Assembly: GCA_030324005.1 (NCBI GenBank)
Contig: JARDVH010000137.1
Location: 32,729,536 to 32,773,191, forward strand
Length of the DNA: 43,656 nucleotides
Origin: Negaprion brevirostris
Lineage: Eukaryota
Direction of reading: 5' to 3'
Shown piece after piece: positions 35,385 to 43,656 of this stretch (within the stretch, counting starts at the first letter, position 1; each line of letters begins with the position of its first letter). The translations under genes were made by a program, and so were the position numbers. Under the pieces are notes generated by a model, which did not search any database, was not told the origin of the DNA, and worked only from the letters and a program-made list of their open reading frames with translations.

Positions 35385-36009
35385 GTCTGTAACTGTTACA
35401 AAACAAGCTGGCAGCAGTTCACCAGCTTCATCTGCATTTTCAGTTTCGCCCTGTCCTGAAGGAGCCCAGTGATGTCCATCACCAACGGGTTAGCCCCAAG
35501 TAACCCTGGACAATAACTATTGACAGGCTATTTGACCTGGAGGCATTGCAAGGTGCCAAAGATTCTCAGACAGCATGCCAAAATATTGATGCACAATTTA
35601 TCTGTTCATTAGAGCGACCACATGGCTTGATCTTGAGGTACTTGATATCCGTGTGCATACACTGTACAGCACAATTCATTAAAGATGTTTGGGGGTGCCA
35701 GTCTCGAAAGCTCTTCATCTGCAACCAGTATTCCACTGAGGCCAGTTGCAGCAAATGAACATGAAACTTACTTTACCAACTGGGACACTTAGAGATAGCT
35801 CTATTCTTGATCTTTATCCCAGTGGTTTGAAGTGATCTTTTAGCAGGAGCCTGCAGTTTTCAAATGTAGCAATTCATGCTTTCAGTGTGGAACTCAGTTC
35901 TGCTGTTCCTGCTCTCTACAATACAATGGAAGGGAATTAAGCTCCTGGATGTGTAACTGTGTGCTGTTGGGTGAGATATTTAGTTCAAGAATACTTAGAT
36001 CTACACTGA

Positions 36010-37780
36010 CTCAGTCAGTGTACAGTGTAGTGATGGTAGTCTACAAAGCCTATTCTGCTGGGTATGTCGCCCCCTCTCAGCAGCAATGAGAAACTTATTA
36101 TAGGAGTAGGACTCTGACAGTAGTTACATGGTAGGATAGGGTATATAAGAAGTAAATGGGGTGTGTAAGAAAATAATAAAAATGAGTTACTTTAATCTAC
36201 ACATAGATTGAGCAAGTCAGTTTGTCCAAGGCAGGGAACATGAGATCATAGAGAATTTCTGAGACAGTTTCATTGAGCATTACATTTTAGTGCCAACAGG
36301 GAGTAGGCTATTCTAAACCCGGTAATGTGCAATGACACGATTAATCAATAACCTCATTGTTATGGTGACAGCCATCATAACATGACATTATTTCTTGTTC
36401 AGTTTGAAGGGGAGAACTGTTGGTCTAAGACTACTGTTTTAAACCTTAATATAGTAAAAGTAATTATAAGAGTATGAAGACAAAGCTGGCACCAGTGGAG
36501 GGAAGCTAGGTTACAATGTAGGGCAACAGAGAAGCAGTGTCATACTTTTAAGGAGATATTGAATAACTCGCAGTAAAGATTTACCCCAGTGATAAAGAAA
36601 TGTACTTTGTGAAGGGTGAATCATCGCTGGCTAAATAAATTAGTTGTGGCTGCTATCAAAATGAAAGAAACACTGCAAATCTGTAAATATTAGTGGTGGG
36701 TCAGNNNNNNNNNNTGGCAGATTTTAGAATCCAACAAAAGCTGACAAATAATAAAGAAGCTAGCAGGAAATATAAAAACAGCAAGAGTTTCTACAATTTT
36801 TAAAAAGGAAAATAATAACCAAAATGAGTGTTGGTCCTCTGGCGAAAATTTGGGAAATTAATGGAAAACGAGGAAAAGGTGGAAGTGTTGAGGAGGTATT
36901 TTGTGTCTGTCTTTGGTGTTGAAAAATTGGAACATTTTCTAATGATGCTTGAAAACCAAGAGGTGAAAGGGAGTGTGGAACATAAAACAGTCACAGTCAC
37001 ACGTGAAAAGAAGCTGGGAAAACTACTAGATCTAACGTCTGCTAAGTCCCCAGGACCTGACGACTTGCATCCTCAGATCTTAAAGGAAGTGGTTGCAGAG
37101 ATAGTAGAGCATTAGTTTTCCAAAATTCCTTACATTTTGGAAGGGCCCCAGTGAATTGGAAAATAGGAAATGTAAGAAAGGGGGAGACAGAAAGCGACAA
37201 ATAATAGGCCAGTTAGCCTATCAGTCATGGAGAAATTGCTAGACTCCATTATCAAGGAGCAGGATACTTGGAAAATGATAATATGATTTGGCAGTCAACA
37301 TGAGATTGTGAAAAGGAAATTGTGTTTTTAAGTAACAAGCAAAGTGGATAATGGGGAACCTGTAAATGTGGTGTAATTGGATTTCCAAAAGGTATTCAAT
37401 AAGGTGCCACATCAAAGGTTAATAAATAAGAGCACATGGTGTAGGGAGTAATATGTATGGATAAAGGATCGGTTGGCTAAGGACAAATGGGTCTTTTCTG
37501 GGTAGGCAGGCTATAATCAGTGGAGTACAGGGATCAGTGTGTGGGCCTCAACTATTTCCAATCATGTCAATGACTTGGATAAAGGGGCTGAAATTATGAT
37601 AGCTAAATTTGCAGATGACACCAAGATAGGTAGGAAAGTGAGTTGTCAAGAGGAGGTAAAAAATCTACAAAGGTATATAGACAGGTTAAGTGAATGGACA
37701 CTTAGCCTGTTCATAGTGTGATATGGGAAAATGTAAACTTGTCCACTTTAGCAGTAAGAATAAAAAAGCAGTATACAGGT
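36010..37780 (+). mobile_element. Decayed CR1 ORF2 fragment
   Basis: KLLDLTSAKSPGPDDLHPQILKEV; LDFQK.F.KVPH; IAKFADDTKIG...LQRYIDRLSEW. Confidence 0.88.
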
Positions 37781-38576
37781 AGATACTGGACCCTTTATCT
37801 GCTGTCTCAAAATCTGGAAGTTCCCACTTCTGGCAATTTGAAATTAGCATGTAAGCACACTTTTTTATTTGATTCTCCTCAGTCTGTGATAGTTTTTGTT
37901 AGCTTGATTTCAGGAAAGGCTCTGCTGTATTGCTTCCCCCCCACTATCCTCTTCTTGAGAAGCATCACTGACACATAACCTTGTCAAATAAATCTGGGGA
38001 GTGTTATTTCTGTTATATTCAGTGATGGTGCCAGTTGTATCAGGGATGCTGGGAAAATATTGGGAGAATACTTCTTCCCACCGCTGGTCAAATTACTCAG
38101 CGACAGTAAGGGAGCAGGTCTTCAGTAGTTGCATCAAAAAATGTGTTGTTTAGGAAGAGCCAGATGATTATTTGAAAAGAAACAATGTGCAAGGATATGG
38201 GCAAAAGGCAGTGGCAAATAGCACCAAATCATAATGCTCATTTGGAGGGCGGGCACAGACACAATGGGCCAACTAGCCTCCTTCTGTGCCATAACAATTC
38301 TGTAACTTCTTACTTAGAGACTCTGATCAACAGATGCTGCCAGGACCAGGCAATTCTCTGATTTTCAGCAGAATGTAACAGTTTAGTATTATACCATTTC
38401 CACACAGACTCTGTCCACCATTCTCCCCCAGATATTCACCTTGGGCAGTTTTGTTCCCTGGGCTGTTGCAGTACGAATCAATTTTACTCGTATAGCCTGT
38501 TGTAAGAAAGAACCTGTTTGGCTGCAGTGTTTACTCAATGATACTGTGTTTATAAAAGTATTGGATCATTTTGCAG

Positions 38577-38677
38577 GTTACTTCAGGAATACTCTGTTAA
38601 AGGAAGTTTTTCTGACTTTGACCTGATCAGCAACCTGGGATCATCTATGCTGCTGAGTGAGCGGCTGACTTTCCTTG
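38577..38677 (+). CDS. NUP85: NUP85 exon 16 ([33 protein letters not shown])
   Basis: Acceptor ttttgcAG, donor GTAGGT, 101 nt, phase 2 to 1. Confidence 0.95.
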
Positions 38678-38824
38678 GTAGGTAGACCCAGTATTCGTTC
38701 TGGTGTCGGTTCGTATTTCCATCATTTATTTTGTATTCTGTTTTTGTCTTTGTGTATTTAGAACATTGGAAAATGCCCCAGACATTGAATGATTTTGTAT
38801 TCTCTAACTGAATATAGGCTCGAT

Positions 38825-39060
38825 TTGGGGCTATGAAAAGTGCATGGCAGTGGGATTGCTTTGGGATTAATATGGGGCAATGGAGAGTGCAGGGCATTGG
38901 GATTGATGTGGGATATGGAGAGTGCAAGACAGTGGAATTAATCTGGGATTGATCTGGGGACATAGAGAGTGTAGGGCAATGGAAATAATTTGGGATTGAT
39001 TCACGGCTCTGAAAAGTGCATGGGATTGATGTGGGACTAAGGAGAGTGGGCCAGCAGGAT
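38825..39060 (+). repeat. Degenerate tandem repeat, about 33-45 bp units
   Basis: Recurrent g(a/g)(a/g)agtgca...tgggattgat motifs, about 6 copies. Confidence 0.65.
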
Positions 39061-40129
39061 TAATTAGAAATTTCTTTAGCAAACAGGCAGCACACTGGAG
39101 CAAATGATCTCCTTTGCTGTAAATCTCTGGTTTCTCACCTGCAAACATACCGACATCCTTCCTCAGTTGAAAAGTGATACAGTCGCCATTTGCAGGAGAG
39201 AGGATGAGTTGTTGTGGCAGAGGAAGGTATGGGGGAGGGGGCAGTTGGGATGGGAAGATTAGTGGGAGGGGGCAGATTGGAGTGGAGAGTTTTATCTGAG
39301 GGGCCAGTTGCAGGGTAGTTTGTGGGAAGGGCAGCATTTGTTGGTTTCAATGGGATTGTTGTGGGAGAAAGATGGAGTTTGCGAGGAGTGTTAAAGAAAC
39401 CAGGCAGTTGATGGGACAGTGGCCTTTAGGAGAAGCCAGAGGTGTGATGGAACAATACAATCGAGGGATTTCAAGATCAGGATGAGAATTTTAGATGGGG
39501 ATGATTTGGGTGGGCAGTGTAGATGCCTTGTGTGTTGCTGGACACTAGAGTCACAGCCAGGATGCTTGGGAACTGAAGCAGACTGCACAAGTTGGATTAG
39601 TTCAATCAATATTTAATTTATTGTTCCTTTTAACAGTTTCTCAGTTGCACCACACCTATACACCTATTCACGTGCTCAGTTGGCTTTCCTGTGATGGATA
39701 CAACTGTGACAGAAGCTGACCAACCTGCTTTCACTTCCTGGTGTCTTCCTGATATCTTTGTCTTGTTGGTTTCTTCTCCAAGTGTTCTTCTGAAGAGGCC
39801 AACTTAGTGTCTTTATTGCATCATCACATTAAGTTATTCAACCTCACCTTTTAGTCATCTCAGCAGTTTCTACATGTGGGCAGGAACTTATCAAGACCAT
39901 AGTAAGACAATCAATTGCCACAGACTCAGTAACACTCATTCTTTGGCTAAGCTCAGCAATTTTGCAATGTCCATCTGTTTGTGCATCTACAGTCTGCTGA
40001 GGCTAGTTGAGTTGTGATCAGTTTTGAACGGTCCATAAGGTTGCTGAATTCAATGCAGCTTGGTGTTCTAGTCTTTCCCATGGCCAAAAGGGGTTGGTTG
40101 ATATGGTAGGTCTCTACTTTTGGGGGAGT

Positions 40130-40420
40130 CCAGTACTGAAGACTATAAATATAAAACAATCATCAAGCAATCCAATAGAGAGTCAGAACTATTTTTACTC
40201 AGAGCACAGTTAGAATGTGGAACATACTGCTACAGAGCAAATAATACAAATAGCATAGATGTATTTAAGGCAAAGGAAACCCATGAAAAAGAAAAGAAGA
40301 AGACCACCTGCTGATGGGGCGAGATGAGGAGGGAGCAGGAAGAGAATTGTGTGGGACATGAACACTGTAATGGATCCATTCAGTCGCATGGCCTGTTACT
40401 GCGCTGTGTAATCTGTGGTT
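40130..40420 (+). mobile_element. Old CR1 3' end abutting the exon 17 acceptor
   Basis: gttagaatgtggaac, atagcatagatgtatttaagg, tail atggcctgttactgcgctgtgtaatctgtg. Confidence 0.6.
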
Positions 40421-40432
40421 TTCTGTTGGTAG

Positions 40433-40584
40433 GAAAGTATTGTGAATTCCACAAGCTTTATGGGGAGATGCAGTTTGCAAAGGCTGCCGAGCTGCTGCTC
40501 ATGCTGATGACTGCCAGTTCTGCTCCACGATTTTTCTGGATGACATTGCTTCTGGATGCTCTTCCCATGATGGAACAGAAGGAG
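40433..40584 (+). CDS. NUP85: NUP85 exon 17 ([11 protein letters not shown]...[21 protein letters not shown])
   Basis: Acceptor ttggtAG, donor GTTTGA, 152 nt, phase 1 to 0; FWMTLL.DALP motif. Confidence 0.94.
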
Positions 40585-41583
40585 GTTTGATCACTGTTCA
40601 GTGTTGGAATGTTTTAGTGATTCTGTTAACTTTCTGATACTTGGCATTGCTCAGTTGAAGTTACAAGGGATATGTTACAGGGAAACAGTCACCCCAACAT
40701 CAGCAATGTTAATTGTGCTCTTGCATGAGCAGTTGCGTGCAAGCAAAGATGGCAAAACAGTGGCCCAGTCTGTACTCTCATCTGGTTATCAGGATGTTGT
40801 TGGGACAGTGGGAGGAGGGGCTGGGATTGCATGATGTGATTGGGTGGGAAAAGGGGAATCTATGTGCAATCTTGGTACCATATTGTGTAGTTGACCCTTA
40901 ATGCCCCCGGAGTAACAANNNNNNNNNNNNNNNNNNNNNNNNNNNNNNNNNNNNNNNNNNNNNNNNNNNNNNNNNNNNNNNNNNNNNNNNNNNNNNNNNN
41001 NNNNNNNNNNNNNNNNNNATTCCCTTGTCAGTGGTGCCAAAATCCCAGGAACATTGTTAATGTGTTTGAGCAGTGTATCCAACCTGCTGTCTGCCTGCCC
41101 TGGGAGTGTTTGATGGAGACAGTGTAGATGGAATTTTACTCTATATCTAACCCATGGTATACAACCGGTTGAATTGTTTGAGAAAATTGATCTCTTTCCC
41201 AGCTAGTTGGGGACAAGAACAAGTTGGAGATCTGATATTTATGTAAAGTTCCATCATTCATTGGTGACTTGATTTGTCCTTGGTTTAACACTCCGAGTAT
41301 TATTGACTAATTGTTTAGATTCTTGATCTTCAAGGTTGAAATTAAAACATCCTCAGCCTGTGATAATGCATACAAACAAAGAGCAGGAGTAGGCCATTCA
41401 GCCCATCGAGCAGGAGGGTTGGGTGTTGATGTTAGAAAGTACAGTGTGGCATTGGGAATGAGTTATGTAAACTGGAGCCTGGCTCCTGGGAATGACAGTG
41501 TGATAGGATAAGGAAGTCTCCTTTCCAAAGGAGATTGGTGTGTTTGTATCCTACTGGCTTATTGCTTTGTTTCTTTTGATCAG

Positions 41584-41682
41584 GTGATCTTTTCCACGGA
41601 GCAGACATACAAACTCATGCAATGCCTTGAGGATGTGACAGCAGGTGATACCGAGAATGGAAGAGAGATGAGAGCTGTAGGG
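41584..41682 (+). CDS. NUP85: NUP85 exon 18 (VIFSTEQTYKLMQCLEDVT...)
   Basis: Acceptor ttttgatcAG, donor GTAAGA just before a gap, 99 nt, phase 0 to 0. Confidence 0.92.
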
Positions 41683-41884
41683 GTAAGANNNNNNNNNNNN
41701 NNNNNNNNNNNNNNNNNNNNNNNNNNNNNNNNNNNNNNNNNNNNNNNNNNNNNNNNNNNNNNNNNNNNNNNNNNNNNNNNNNNNNNNNAGCTGGAGGGGT
41801 AAGAGGCTACACTTATTGATCTGGGCGGAGTACTGTCTTCCAGCAGTGAACAGATCCTAGGAGCTGTGAGTGAGTGAATTCTGA

Positions 41885-42325
41885 TAGAAACATAGCAACA
41901 GGCAGAAGACGATGAGCCTGTTCTGCCATTTAGTTAGATCATGGCTGATCTGTATCATAGTTCTATCTGTGTTGGTTCTGTAACCTTTAACAGCCATAAC
42001 TAACAAAAATGTATTTAACTTCATGTTGAATTTTTAAATTGACTTTCCCCTTTAATAATTTTTGGGATAGTGTCAGATTTCCACTCCCATTGCTGAGGGA
42101 ATTGCTTCCTGGCAACCTTTTAAGGTTATCCCCCCCATATTCTGCAATCTCCTACCAAAGGGAATAATTCTTCTTGATTAAGCCTTTTATCATAACGAAA
42201 AATTCAATAAGACCACCCCTTAATCTTCCATATTTAAGTGAATACAAGCCAAATCGATGAAACCTATCTTCACTGGTGAAACTGTGCTGCATTCGTTCCA
42301 AGGCAAATATATCCTTCCTTAGCTG
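41885..42325 (-). mobile_element. CR1 3' fragment
   Basis: LRKDIFALERMQ..F...LYSLKYGRLRGGLIE; reverse tail tagaaacatag. Confidence 0.75.
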
Positions 42326-42464
42326 CTGGCGGTTTATATTAAATGCTGGGAGTGGAGGAATTGGTGGTGGTGGTGGTGCTGGGGAGGGAGTGGTTTGAGG
42401 GTAATACTGACCTTCGTCTGTGATCTCTGAAGCCGATGATTTGAGATTGTGTTTTCTATTCCAG

Positions 42465-42569
42465 GGTGAGGATGAGGTGGCGGTTACGCAACTGGGCCTT
42501 CTCCGATTGGCTTTCACTCGGAATCTGGCAAAAGCCATTGTCCAAGAAGGAACACGTCATGGATCCTGA
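42465..42569 (+). CDS. NUP85: NUP85 terminal exon 19 coding part (GEDEVAVTQLGLLRLAFTRNLAKAIVQEGTRHGS*)
   Basis: Acceptor ttctattccAG; LRL...RNLA.AI..EG motif; TGA at 42567-42569. Confidence 0.94.
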   Translation, partial: GEDEVAVTQLGLLRLAFTRNLAKAIVQEGTRHGS

Positions 42570-42608
42570 AGCAGCCAGTGTGCATGATATCCACTGGCCC
42601 AGGTTGTA

Positions 42609-42614
42609 AATAAA
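42609..42614 (+). promoter_or_regulatory. Candidate polyadenylation signal AATAAA for NUP85
   Basis: AATAAA 40 nt after the stop, followed by T/GT-rich sequence; two ATTAAA follow within 42654-42689. Confidence 0.55.
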
Positions 42615-43239
42615 TGTTTTCCCCATGGATTTGAGTTTTTTTGCAGAATTTACAAAATTAAATACTTTTGTAAAATTAAATACTTTTGTATCGAAAGGTG
42701 TTGGCATTTGGTTGCTTTTACTCGCTGAAGTCTATTGCAGTTTGAGGGGGCCAGTATATAATCTCTCATTTCTTTCGACCCTAAAAGTGCTGACTTCTTG
42801 AGGGTGCAGTGTCAGGGTGGAGAGTGGGGTAAATGATCCCTTGGCACCTCAGTTGATACCTATTCTTGCTGCTTGAGGACTACTGGGGTTAACAGTAGAC
42901 TGCACTGTTAGCAAGACAGAGTTTAATTAACTACAAAAAATGGATATTAAGTTGAGTTGTCTGACTGTTACCATTCTGCGGTGGATCACTGCGTGTTCGT
43001 TCAGTCACAGAAGCTCACCCCTGCCTGGTGCTAACTGTACAGGCATCTGCTGGGCTCAACAATGTTGATGCTGAGGGAAAGTGAATGGACTCCATTTCCA
43101 CAGCACACCAGAGCTTGCTGCAGTCTCTTGTGTTTTTGCTTAATGCTAGGTCACTACTTGAACCTTCCCTCAGAGCAGGAACAGCACAGGTTCTGTCCTG
43201 TCCCATGCCAGAGGTAGGTGTCCTCTGTTCCATTGTGGG

Positions 43240-43656
43240 AGTAAGAGCATTTGAACATAAAAGGCCAGATAAGGCTATGCAGTCTATTGAAAGTGCTCTG
43301 CCATTCAGTATGATCATAGCTGATCTTTCACCTCAGTTCCATTTTCATCACTGCTCCTCATTTCCAATCTGTCTCAGCTGCGAATGTATCCAATGATGGA
43401 ATATCCATAACCTTTGGCAGTAGAGAATTCCAAAGACGCACAGCTCTGAGTGAAGAAATTGATCTTCATCTCCATCCTAAATGATCAATTTTTATCCTGA
43501 GACTGTGAACCCCCATGTTTTAGAAATCTACCAATCTCCTTAAATATATTCAGTGACTTGGTCCCACAGCCTTCTGTGGTGGTGGATTCCACAGGTTCAC
43601 CACCCACTCAGTACCAAATGGCCTGCCCTATATCCTGAGACTATGATCCCTTGTTC
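43240..43656 (-). mobile_element. CR1 3' tail fragments (two partial copies)
   Basis: ctgccattcagtatgatcatagctgatct; agagaattccaaaga; cagccttctgtgg...ttccacaggttcaccaccc; atcctgagact occurs twice. Confidence 0.7.

Larger units (their letters stand above)
10483..42569 (+). other. NUP85: NUP85 gene span (coding exons 2-19; exon 1 not visible)
   Basis: 18 exons splice via GT-AG into one open frame of 645 aa with recognisable Nup85 motifs: [74 protein letters not shown]. Confidence 0.97.

Noticed and set aside
38825..39060. Possible CRISPR-like repeat-spacer array
   Set aside because: Vertebrate intron; units are degenerate with no unique spacers and no cas genes.
450..43656. Intact autonomous retrotransposon or endogenous virus
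   Set aside because: Every RT or endonuclease remnant is truncated, frameshifted or stop-containing; no LTR, gag, integrase or env signature was seen.

Overview
Eukaryotic (vertebrate) genomic DNA with assembly gaps. The repeat complement (HE1/V-domain SINEs, Deu-domain SINE, abundant CR1, Rex1/Babar, L2, RTE, Penelope-type palindromes) suggests a cartilaginous fish, probably a shark (inference). The window holds almost all of one + strand gene, NUP85 (nuclear pore Y-complex nucleoporin). I traced 18 coding exons by eye (equivalent to vertebrate exons 2-19, 10483-42569). All introns between them are GT-AG with compatible phases, giving 1938 nt (645 codons plus stop). The first coding exon is not visible. 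The rest is mostly decayed transposable-element sequence. Most notable: a decayed tandem duplicate of exon 8 with intact splice dinucleotides; a LINE family whose 5' end looks tRNA/SINE-like and which also occurs as short head+tail derivatives; a ~190-nt hairpin with hammerhead-ribozyme-like cores 19 nt after the exon 12 donor; and inverted SINE pairs bracketing exons. No prokaryotic-type system is present. Homology calls come from recalled sequences, not database searches, and repeat boundaries are approximate.
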